Shown here piece by piece: positions 1 through 11,115 of a stretch of DNA of 64,000 bases. The stretch's first letter is position 1; every line of letters starts with the position of its first letter. Source of the DNA: Heptranchias perlo (lineage: Eukaryota); NCBI RefSeq assembly GCF_035084215.1, contig NC_090349.1:27776001-27840000 (forward strand), given 5' to 3'. The notes beneath the pieces are model-generated. The model saw only the letters and a program-made list of their open reading frames with translations, did no database searches and had not been told where the DNA came from. The position numbers and the translations under genes are program-made.

Positions 1-1344
1 TAACTAAAGGCAGAGCAGGGGTTTCTGATTATTGCCTGAACACATTACAGAACATTTTACTTAAATAGTAAGGCTACTAAGATGCTCCCAAAGGCAGAGA
101 GAGTAATCGAAGATATGAGAACCAAAGAAATCTAGAGTAAAAACATAAGGAAATGAAGGCCACACTCATCCACACGACCCTAAGTTTACTGTTTGGTTGC
201 ATACAAATGTTTTCAATAGGGGAGAACGTGGGAAAAATCTGACAGCACAATTTCACATGGCTAAATCACGAAAGAGGAAGAGAATTTATATTAAAAATAG
301 TTTTTAAAGGACTATTGGCTATAAATGGCTGTAAGAGTAAAGGCATTCAGGGTATATCTGGCACCAATGGAATCTGCTGCAATCTTCACAATTATGATTT
401 TTTAAGTTTCAGACATTACTGCCAGACCATTCTGAACAAAATCTTCAAATCATCAATTTAGGCTTGGAACACAGATATTGTCGACAACACCCTTTAGGAA
501 AATCGGAACATCTAAAGACAATTTAAAGACATTCCACATTCAAATTAAAAACAGGTACACAATGTCATCAAAGGGATGCTTTGCTGTAAATAATCAGTAT
601 GCAGGGACCTTAGATAATTTATTTGAATGACCCTCAAGGGCATTGACTCATGAGGGTACAGTTCCACAAAGGCTGGTACCTGCCAATACCTCATTCAAGT
701 AGCCATTCTTCATTTGTGAGCATAGACAGCAAGTATCAGTAGGCTAATCAACCATTTGGGGGGGGGGGGGGGGGTGTGGAGGGAGGAAATGATAGGAGGG
801 TGGGCCAAGCCTAATTCTGCCCTTATCCAATGCCCACACTCACATTCAGCAGCAGTCAGGAGCACGTCCAAGAACAGACTTTTTGACTGAACTTTCCATC
901 CCTGACCAGTCAAGGCTAATTGTAGTTTTCCTCCAGCCAACAGTGCCTAACACAGTAGGGATCCAACCTGGGATCTTCCTAGTCTGAACCACACACTGGA
1001 TAAATGCATTAAACCATCAGGAGCACACATCAGATATTTACAAATCATGTTAACATTTTCTATTCTTTTAGCCCAGCTAAGAGGCTTGGCTGGCAACTTC
1101 CTCCGAAACCTCCACTTTTGCTGCTAGAGTTGGACATGCACATGAACAATTTGGAGTGGCTCTCATCAAATTTCCATCCTATGCAGCATGCCTGGCTTTC
1201 ATGAGAAAGTCACTGCCAGGCTATTTGGATTAGATATAGTGTTTCATTCAATATTTGTCATTTTCTGTTGCTACCATGCAGAAACAGGCTTTAATATGAA
1301 TCTGGGAAAGTCCCTTGGATCTAGATCACGGCACACAAGTTCTC

Positions 1345-3505
1345 ATCATAGAAGTTTACAACATGGAAACAGGCCCTTCGGCCCAACATGTCCATGTCGC
1401 CCAGTTTATACCACTAAGCTAGTCCCAATTGCCTGCACTTGGCCCATATCCCTCTATACCCATCTTACCCATGTAACTGTCCAAATGCTTTTTAAAAGAC
1501 AAAATTGTACCCGCCTCTACTACTGCCTCTGGCAGCTCGTTCCAGACACTCACCACCCTTTGAGTGAAAAAATTGCCCCTCTGGACCCTTTTGTATCTCT
1601 CCCCTCTCACCTTAAATCTATGCCCCCTCGTTACAGACTCCCCTACCTTTGGGAAAAGATTTTGACTATCTACCTTATCTATGCCCCTCATTATTTTATA
1701 GACTTCTATAAGATCACCCCTAAACCTCCTACTCTCCAGGGAAAAAAGTCCCAGTCTGTCTAACCTCTCCCTATAAGTCAAACCATCAAGTCCCGGTAGC
1801 ATCCTAGTAAATCTTTTCTGCACTCTTTCTAGTTTAATAATATCCTTTCTATAATAGGGTGACCAGAACTGTACACAGTATTCCAAGTGTGGCCTTACTA
1901 ATGTCTTGTACAACTTCAACAAGACATCCCAACTCCTGTATTCAATGTTCTGACCAATGAAACCAAGCATGCTGAATGCCTTCTTCACCACCCTATCCAC
2001 CTGTGACTCCACTTTCAAGGAGCTATGAACCTGTACTCCTAGATCTCTTTGTTCTATAACTCTCCCCAACGCCCTACCATTAACGGAGTAGGTCCTGGCC
2101 CAATTCGATCTACCAAAATGCATCACCTCACATTTATCTAAATTAAACTCCATCTGCCATTCATCGGCCCACTGGCCCAATTTATCAAGATCCCGTTGCA
2201 ATCCTAGATAACCTTCTTCACTGTCCACAATGCCACCAATCTTGGTGTCATCTGCAAACTTACTAACCATGCCTCCTAAATTCTCATCCAAATCATTAAT
2301 ATAAATAACAAATAACAGAGGACCCAGCACCGATCCCTGAGGCACACCGCTGGTCACAGGCCACCAATTTGAAAAACAACCCTCTACAACCACCCTCTGT
2401 CTTCTGTCGACAATCCAATTGGCTACCTCACCTTGGATCCCGTGAGATTTAACCTTATGTAACAACCTACCATGCGGTACCTTGTCAAAGGCTTTGCTAA
2501 AGTCCATGTAGACCACGTCTACTGCACAGCCCTCATCTATCTCCTTGGTTACCCCTTCAAAAAACTCAATCAAATTCGTGAGACATGATTTTCCTCTCAC
2601 AAAACCATGCTGACTGTTCCTAATCAGTCCCTGCCTCTCCAAATGCCCGTAGATCCTGTCTCAGAATACCCTCTAACAACTTACCCACTACAGATGTCAG
2701 GCTCACCGGTCTGTAGTTCCCAGGCTTTTCCCTGCCGCCCTTCTTAAACAAAGGCACAACATTTGCTACCCTCCAATCTTCAGGCACCTCACCTGTAGCT
2801 GTCGATGATTCAAATATCTCTGCTAGGGGACCCGCAATTTCCTCCCTGACCTCCCATAACATCCTGGGATACATTTCATCAGGTCCCGGAGATTTATCTA
2901 CCTTGATGCGCGTTAAGACTTCCAGCACTTCCCTCTCTGTAATATGTACACTCCTCAAGACATTACTATTTATTTCCCCAAGTTCCCTAACATCCATGCC
3001 TTTCTCAACCATATATACCGATGCGAAATATTCATTTAGGATCTCACCCATCTCTTGTGGTTCCGCACATAGATGACCTTGTTGATCCTTAAGAGGCCCT
3101 ACTCTCTCCCTAGTTACTCTTTTGCCCTTTATGTATTTGTAGAAGCTCTTTGGATTCACCTTTGCCTTATCTGCCAAAGCAATCTCATGTCCCCTTTTTG
3201 CCCTCCTGATTTCTCTCTTAACTCTACTCTGGCAATCTCTATACTCTTCAAGGGATCCACTTGATCCCAGCTGCCAATGCAGGTCATATGCCTCCTTCTT
3301 CTTTCTGACTGGAGCCTCAATCTCCTGAGTCATCCAAGGTTCCCTACTTCTACCAGCCTTGCCCTTCACTTTATAAGGAATGTGCTTACCCTGAACCCTG
3401 GTTAACACACTTTTGAAGGCTTCCCACTTACCAGACGTCCCTTTGCCTGCCAACAGACTCTCCCAATCAACTTCTGAAAGTTCCTGTCTAATACCATCAA
3501 AATTA
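1345..3505 (-). mobile_element. CR1 LINE, 5'-truncated, young (ORF2 RT split by one frameshift near 2650)
   Basis: ORFs 2620-3453 and 1419-2642: PGNYRPVSLTS, DFSKAFDKV, GVPQGSVLGP, FADD, RPHLEY. Confidence 0.95.
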
Positions 3506-5946
3506 GACTTATTTTTTTAATATATTATCCTCATGTAAATAATGCAAAAAGGAAACAGCTCAAGAATGAAAATAGTTATCTGGGCTTAACATTCAAAAGG
3601 TTTTAGTCCGTTACTAAAGATCAGACAAAATCTTGCACAAGCAATTGAAATCAAGTGGAAAAGTCTGCATACTGTTTCAGTAAATACCGCAACCTTACTG
3701 TAAGGACACATTAAACAAGCCTAAATTAAATGACGTGACTGATGTGTGTATGCTCGCAAAAAAATGAAAAGTTATTTAAAGGAGTGTGTTAATATTTCAG
3801 GTTTATGGGGCTCTTAACATACAGTGCACACAGTATAATTAGAATTTTTAACTTTTTATATCAAAACCAACAATTTCTTCATAACGCTTTCTCTGGTCTC
3901 AATCTGGCCAAAAGAAGCTGCAATTCAACCAGTCATTCCTTCTTCCTGAGGTGGAACGCCTTGTTTCCTTCTGGCGCTCCACTCAGCAACCAGATTTTGA
4001 ACAGATCAAACTTTTAGTCGAGACTAGTGAGTTTCAGTTACAATTAGCTCTCAGACTAAAACACATGACCTGTTTAGGAATTAAGCATTAATCCATCTGA
4101 ACCGTCAGGAATAATTAACTGCTTACTGAACTGCAGCTTAAGAGTCTCAAAACCTACTACAATGCCAAATAAAAACAGATAAAAGAGGCATCTATTTATA
4201 CACTGCAACCTAAGTAAGCCACCTCAAAAGGTGGATGTACCCAGAAACAAATTTTACTGCCCATTTTTATGAACTCTTCAAAAAAAAAAATTTCATCTGG
4301 AGGTGTCAAAGGTATGGATGAGGGTTTCAGCGACAGATGGCAGAGGTGGAAGTATTTGTTATGAAGAGCATATGGGGTCAGAAGCTCAGCTCAGGGTCAA
4401 GTAGGATGCCGAGACTGCGAACAGTCTGGTTCAGCCCAAGACAATGGCCAGGAAGGGGGACGAAATGGATGGCAAGGGTACGGAGCCACAGACGATGGCT
4501 TCAGTCTTCCTAGTGTTCAACTGGAGGAAGCTGCGGCTCATTCACAACTGGATATCAGAACTGCCGATGTTAGTCTCTTCGGGCTGCTCTCATGTATATC
4601 TCAGGAACGTTAAGACTGAAAGCAGCACAATACTCAGCCAGGAAATGGTAAGTGGCCTGTGGAAACAAATTGCAGTGGTCTGGGGAGGGGCAGGAGCAAA
4701 GGGCAAAGAAAGGGGAAAAAAGATGCAATCAAGTGCCTATGTTCCCAATTTAGAAAGCAAGCATATATTTGAATTCTAGCTCAAAGAGTGAACAACTTCC
4801 CCAAGCAAATTGGCAAGCATCACTATCTCCCCAATTGGTTTCCTACTGGCAATGTGAATTCCAAAGCAAGTGAACAGAAATTTGCATAAGGACAGAAACA
4901 GTGTTTGTTCTGTCAAGCATGTTTCAGTCACTTAGCGATCATAACAGACTACATGACCTACACATCCTACATTTTTATTTAAAAAGCATATTCATTTCCA
5001 AATGTTTGTAGGAAAAATACGAGTTTCAGAAGTTAACATTCCAAAATGTCTTAGGGAAACAACAAAGAAAAATGGTTTACACAACACAACTTGCTTCCAA
5101 CCATTTCACTTGCTTTAAGTGGTGTGAAGAACAGAAATTTCCCAATCTAACATAAAACATGAAAGTCCCAGGGACATCACAAAGAATTACAATTGGTCTT
5201 CAAGACCATAATGGATCAAATAGCATTCATTTACCTTAACTAACCTTAGCCCAGGGCTTCAGCCGTTTTATCCAATGGTGCATTCACACAGGGTTTAGTA
5301 GCGGCACAAAGCGGCTTTGTACCGATACTAAAATTGGAGTGTAAATTGTTGAAGCCCGAACTCACACTGAAGTAAAGTGGGAGCAAGACCACCTCCTCCA
5401 GGGCACCTCACTCTGCTTCACACCAATGTTGGGTAGGATCCTGACACTGGATTCCAGCTATATTTACATTTTAATCGCAGCATTGGTGCAAAGTAAAACT
5501 ACTCCACACCAACACTGCAGTTGTACAACGAATGAACCCTAATGAAAAGGCTCCAACTAAATAACAAATGTAACTGCCTTGGTGATGTAGAATGGGCTCA
5601 CATAAAGCAAACATGATAATGGGAAAAAAATCCTCAATATTCAAATTTACTTATGATATAATTCAGGGGTACTTACTTTTACACTCTCAGACCCACCATT
5701 AAGATTACTTTCAACAATATAGCCAAATCCTTCAGCTTCTTCACATTCATTATAATTATTTGAATAGAAAACAACCACCTTCTTTGCTAAATGGTAGGAA
5801 TAATTTAATTCAGGTTTTTTTCTGTTTTCGTGGGAAATGTGACCAAACTGCCTATTTCCCACCACAACACAGACCAGAGGGAAATAAGCAGTGCTTGAAT
5901 TCTCTTCTCTTAATAAACGTTTCTAATTAACCCAAACTGGAAAAAG

Positions 5947-6115
5947 AAAATGCTGGAAATGCATAGGTCAATCCGCATCTGTGACGAGAGAGAGACAAGT
6001 TACAACAGTGTGTAACACATCATTAGTTCTAATGAAGGGTTACACACCCAAAACATCATATCCTGTCTTTTCTCTCCATAGATGTTGACTGATCTGCTAT
6101 GTATTTCTAGGATTT
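5947..6115. repeat. Degenerate palindromic PLE-terminus-like element with decayed hammerhead core
   Basis: AAATGCTGGAAAT...GCATCTGTG..GAGAGA pairs with TCTCTCCATAGATGTTG...ATTTCTAGGATTT; centre CTAATGA-AGGGT-TACAC-ACCC-AAAA. Confidence 0.6.
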
Positions 6116-6509
6116 ATTTTACTGCAATTGACCAATTTTTTTCAGCTCAGGTTCAGAGTTTGATTGGGCTTTCAACTTAACACAGCACACTGTAGTTATC
6201 AGAATTCCAAACTGCTTAGTTTTTGCAATTTAACAATGATGTCACACACAGCTGTTTTGCACATTGTTTCAGACCATCAGGCTAGACAGGGTTTCTTTTA
6301 AAAACACACTTCGCCTGCTGTGAAAAAACATGAAGCCTCCCTATTCTTGCTCCACTAAGCAAATCAAGGAAATGTGAAAATACTTCATTGTAAAATTATG
6401 GTGTCTGCTGTGCTTTTATAAATGATGTGGAGATGCCGGTGATGGACTGGGGTTGACAATTGTAAACAATTTTACAACACCAAGTTATAGTCCAGCAATT
6501 TTATTTTAA

Positions 6510-6550
6510 ATTCACAAGCTTTCGGAGATTTTCTCCTTCCTCAGGCAAAT
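6510..6550 (-). ncRNA. Minimal type I hammerhead ribozyme in the PLE 3' region
   Basis: AUUUGC-CUGAGGA-A-GGAG(AAAAU)CUCC-GAAA-GC-UU-GUGAAU. Confidence 0.8.
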
Positions 6551-6800
6551 GTTTCAAGATCTCCTTGAAGCCTACGCATTTATACATATTGAACAATAAT
6601 AAATGGTGTTTACAGACTGCCCCTGCAACTGCCCGTTGCCAAGGCAATCACCGTGTTCAGACAGAGAGGTGTTACCTGCAGAACCTCCGAATACACATTC
6701 AATAAAAAAACAAACAGGGAAAAAAAAACAGAGAAAAAAAAACACAGAGAGAGGCAGAAACATCCGGAAGGCAGAGAGAGCCAGCAAATGACCCATTATA

Positions 6801-8102
6801 TTAAAAACAGATAACATTTGTTCGCTGGTGGGGTAACGTGTAGCGTGACATGAACCCAAGATCCCGGTTGAGGCCGTCCTCATGGGTGCGGAACTTGGCT
6901 ATCAATTTCTGCTCGACGATTTTGCGTTGTCGTGTGTCTCGAAGGCCGCCTTGGAGTACGCTTACCCGAAGGTCGGTGGATGAATGTCCATGACTGCTGA
7001 AGTGTTCCCCGACTGGGAGGGAACCCTCCTGTTTGGCGATTGTTGCGCGGTGTCCGTTCATCCGTTGTCGCAGCGTCTGCATGGTCTCGCCAATGTACCA
7101 TGCTCTGGGGCATCCTTTCCTGCAACGTATGAGGTAGACAACGTTGGCTGAGTCACAGGAGTATGAACCATGCACCTGGTGGGTGGTGTCATCTCGTGTG
7201 ATGGTGGTATCTGTGTCGATGATCTGGCATGTCTTGCAGAGGTTACCGTGGCAGGGTTGTGTGGCGTCGTGGACGCTGTTCTCTTGAAAGCTAGGTAGTT
7301 TGCTGCGAACGATGGTCTGTTTGAGGTTGGGTGGCTGTTTAAAGGCGAGTAGTGGAGGTGTGGGGATGGCCATAGCGAGGTGTTTGTCCTCATTGATGAC
7401 ATGTTGAAGGCTGCGGAGAACATGGCGTAGTTTCTCCGCTCCGGGGAAGTACTGGACGACAAAGGGTACTCTGTTGGTTGCGTCCCGTGTTAGTCTCCTG
7501 AGGAGGTCTATGCGATTTTTTGCTGTGGCCCGTCGGAACTGTCGATCGATGAGTCGAGCGTCATATCCCGTTCTTACTAGGGCGTCTTTCAGCGTCTGTA
7601 GGTGTCCATCGCGTTCCTCCTCGTCTGAGCAGACCCTGTGTATTCGCAGGGCCTGTCCATAGGGGATGGCCTCTTTGACGTGGTTAGGGTGGAAGCTGGA
7701 AAAGTGGAGCATCGTGAGGTTGTCCGTGGGCTTGCGGTAGAGTGAGGTGCTGAGGTGCCCGTCTTTGATGGAGATTCGTGTGTCCAAGAAAGAAACTGAT
7801 TCTGAGGAGTAGTCCATGGTGAGCTTGATGGTGGGATGGAACTTGTTGATGTTATCGTGTAGTCTCTTTAGTGATTCCTTGCCGTGGGTCCATAGAAAGA
7901 AAATGTCGTCGATGTATCTGGTGTATAGTGTTGGTTGGAGGTCTTGTGCAGTGAAGAAGTCCTGCTCGAACTTGTGCATGAAAATGTTGGCGTATTGGGG
8001 TGCGAATTTGGTCCCCATGGCTGTTCCGTGTGTTTGGGTAAAGAACTGGTTATCGAAGGTGAAGACATTGTGATCCAGGATGAAGCGGATGAAATAAACC
8101 AT
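6801..8102 (-). CDS. PLE partial reverse transcriptase + GIY-YIG endonuclease ORF (433 aa, N-truncated)
   Basis: ORF track; motifs as for the element above; the first codons come from the junction filler. Confidence 0.75.
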   Translation of the reverse strand: MVYFIRFILDHNVFTFDNQFFTQTHGTAMGTKFAPQYANIFMHKFEQDFFTAQDLQPTLYTRYIDDIFFLWTHGKESLKRLHDNINKFHPTIKLTMDYSSESVSFLDTRISIKDGHLSTSLYRKPTDNLTMLHFSSFHPNHVKEAIPYGQALRIHRVCSDEEERDGHLQTLKDALVRTGYDARLIDRQFRRATAKNRIDLLRRLTRDATNRVPFVVQYFPGAEKLRHVLRSLQHVINEDKHLAMAIPTPPLLAFKQPPNLKQTIVRSKLPSFQENSVHDATQPCHGNLCKTCQIIDTDTTITRDDTTHQVHGSYSCDSANVVYLIRCRKGCPRAWYIGETMQTLRQRMNGHRATIAKQEGSLPVGEHFSSHGHSSTDLRVSVLQGGLRDTRQRKIVEQKLIAKFRTHEDGLNRDLGFMSRYTLPHQRTNVICF

Positions 8103-8581
8103 TTACTTTTATAAATGGTTTATTTCATATAGTGACAATTGATATAGGGGATAATAACTAGCACTACCACGATGCAGTTGTAGCTTATGAAGATTACTTA
8201 CATACATACATCTCTTCAAAATTCAAGTGTTGCATTCACACACACAGTCTCTCATGCACACGCATAATTCTCAAATCAAGTCTTTGGTTTGATATGATTG
8301 GAATCTCAGCTAGCACAGATGTAACTGTCCATTTGAAGAGGGCTGTTCAAAGAGATCCATGTAAAGGAAAACTGAAATATTATCAAAATCTGCATTTAAA
8401 TGAAATTACTCTGTTGGAAACACCCAGTATAGCTATTGACTGACAGTTCTGCCTCTGGTATCGACATGTTATGGCAATGTTTCTTAAAAGCTTTAAGACG
8501 TCCCCATTCCACTTTTGAAAATCACTGTCGTTATAAGTAAAACCAAAGCACTTAGGTTGTTTGCAATTTATTGAATTGGGA

Positions 8582-8822
8582 CATAGATTTTCAAACCGGT
8601 GGTCAGCATAGGAATTCTAAGGGTTTCCAAAGTCAGATCCTTGTCTATTCACTTTCGGGTTTCAGGCATTTTCTTAATTTCTTATTAGTAGATTATTTCT
8701 GTTGCTGTATACTAATTAACAAAACAAATTTCTGCAATAATGGTATTAAATTTTGGGTAGCTGACACACCCCACCTGAAGTTTGGGCAGGGGTCCCTCGC
8801 TCAGCAAAGTTTGAAACCACTG
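8582..8822. mobile_element. Degenerate hAT-type MITE
   Basis: Ends CATAGATTTTCAAAC and GTTTGAAACCACTG; possible 8-bp TSD AATTGGGA/AATTAAGA. Confidence 0.5.
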
Positions 8823-10444
8823 AATTAAGACAATGGTTAAGCAGAATTCAAAGCTGTGCTCTAAATCATTTTTCAAAATTTTTGTTGGTTTACCTCACCT
8901 GCTATCTTAACTGGAAAAAAGTTCAAGCGTCATCCAAGATGCTCGAGCATCGGTCAGATACACCAATCTTATGCTTCAGTGTGTGCGTGCAATTTTTTAA
9001 TGTCCCTGCTTGTCGCTCCCCATTGGGACAGACCCACACTTCACCAGTAAGGTGTGCCTCACACTTTAGGCTAGAAATGATACCCTCTGCCTCACTATAG
9101 AGCAAACAGACATAGAATTTCACACCTGGAGAGCAGGCATGTGTGGAATTTCACATCTGACAGCAACAGCACGAAAGGATGCAAAAAATGAACTGACTAA
9201 ACTTCAAACACAGCAGCCATGTCAACTGAATGTAAACTGTTATTCACCAGAAGTTTAGTCATCTGGCTGTTTTATTTTTTCCTCAGAACCCTTGCATTTA
9301 AATTGGGCTCAACTAAATAGAGTCAAAAATCACACGTCGGTGGGGGTAAGAAGAGGGACTGGCTTAAATTCAAATTTGGAGAGAGGTCTAATAATACACA
9401 CCTGACACAACTGAATGAACAAAATCTCTTACAACCAACAAGTACAGCTGCAAGAATCTGCAAAGTACAGACAGTTTCAAGTCTGGCTTATGATTCAAAG
9501 CAGCAGACACAGCACACAATACATTCTATGGATTATATTTTAATTACATTTTTAAAGTACTCCTTTCTACCCCACCATCACCTTTTCAGATTGTGCCATG
9601 GCATGTAGCACTGAAGAAAAGCAGCCAGTTTCAATGTTTGTAAACAAGATGTTCAACATTAGGTGAATATATTTTGGTAAACATGCTAAAGTGATGAAAA
9701 TATGTGTAATGATGAACAGCCAGCTTTACAGGAGCTCATGGAAACAAATTGTAAAAGATACTGTGAACTCAAACTTTACAGAAACTAAAACCAATTTTTA
9801 ATACTGACAATTTCCCCACCCAAAGCAAAGAATCAGAGAGAATTTAGCTTTGATTCTAAATCTTCTCATTCAATGCAAGACACCCCGGGAATAACACTGG
9901 TAATATTACTTCATAAAATAATTCCTCAATCTTAGTTAGCAACATTTATTCCGGGGGGGGCGGAGAAAGAGAAGGGAAAGAGAGAGAAAGAAAGGCAGTA
10001 CCTTGGTTGCGACTTAGAAACAGCCATAATTTCACTGAAATGTTTATTAATGTTGATCAAATACACAAATGTCAAGGAAATTCAAATGCACGCTAATTTT
10101 GTTGACTGCAGCAGCTAATTATAAGGTGGGGAATTCACATCTGTCTGACATAGGTAGTTCTGTAAAGCAACATAATGGAATTCAAGAACATGAGCTGGAA
10201 ATAACTGATGCACAACATCAGTTGAAGCCTGGAAACTAGGATTTTAAAAGTCTTGCTCACTTAATTTTTTTTCTTTCCATCAATGTCAACATTTCTGTCA
10301 TGTTAAATCCCACACAACTCCTGAGCAGCATTAATGACTAAAAGAAAAGCTATATTTTGAAAGGGGTGTGGGGGGAATTCATATGTCCAGAGTAGCCTTG
10401 GTTCTGCTTTGAATTCACACCCCTACAATCAGATAGATACACAA

Positions 10445-11115
10445 ATCTCTAAAAACTAGCGACACAGGTTAATAAGGCCATAACAAAAACAAACCAAGCA
10501 CTGGGGATCACTTCTAGGAGGGATGGAATTGAAAAGCAGAGACGTTATGTTAAACTTGTATAGAACCTTGGTGAGACCACACTTGGAGTACTGTCTCCAT
10601 ATTATAAAAAGGATGCAGAGACATTGGAGAAGGTGCAAAGATGATTCACAATGATGATATCAGAACTGAGAGGATATACTTATCAGGAAAGGCTGAACAG
10701 GCTGGGGCTCTTTTCTCTAGAAAAGAAAAGGCCGAGGAGTGACCAGATATAGGTCTTTAAGATAACAAAAGGCTTTGATAGAGTAGACGTAGAGAAAACG
10801 TTTCCATTTGTGGGGGAATCCAAAACTAGGGGTCATAAGTATAAGATAGTCACTAATAAATCCAATAGGAAATTCAGGAGAAACTTCTTTACCCAAAGAG
10901 TGGTAAGAATGTGGAATGCGCTAACACTTAGTTGAGGCAAATAGCATAGATGCATTTAAGGGGAAGCTAGATAAGCACGAGGGAGAAAGGAGAAGGATAT
11001 GCTGTTCGGGTTAGATGAAGAGGGGTGGGAGGGGGCTCATGGAGCATAAACAGCAGCACAGACAAGTTGGACCGAATGGCCTGTTTCTGTGCTGTAGACT
11101 CGATGTAACGCTATG
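10445..11115 (+). mobile_element. CR1 LINE 3' fragment
   Basis: Degenerate RPHLEY/LFSLEKRR coding sequence and CR1-type 3' end (GAATGGCCTGTTTCTGTGCTGTA). Confidence 0.85.

Larger units (their letters stand above)
6425..8105 (-). mobile_element. 5'-truncated Penelope-like retroelement (Neptune-like), with 12-bp TSD CTTTTATAAATG (6413-6424 and 8106-8117)
   Basis: ORF has PLE RT motifs (QTHGTAMGTKFAPQYANIFM, RYIDDIF, FLD, LYRKPT), a Cys-rich linker (CHGNLCKTC) and GIY-YIG endonuclease (VVYLIRC...WYIGET...R...H...GLN); CpG-rich and uninterrupted. Confidence 0.93.

Noticed and set aside
758-775. Poly-G runs (also ~18429, ~18771, ~48423)
   Set aside because: Simple homopolymers of uncertain length; no evidence of function from sequence alone.
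1188-1763. 191-aa plus-strand ORF
   Set aside because: Mostly the antisense frame of the CR1 3' end.
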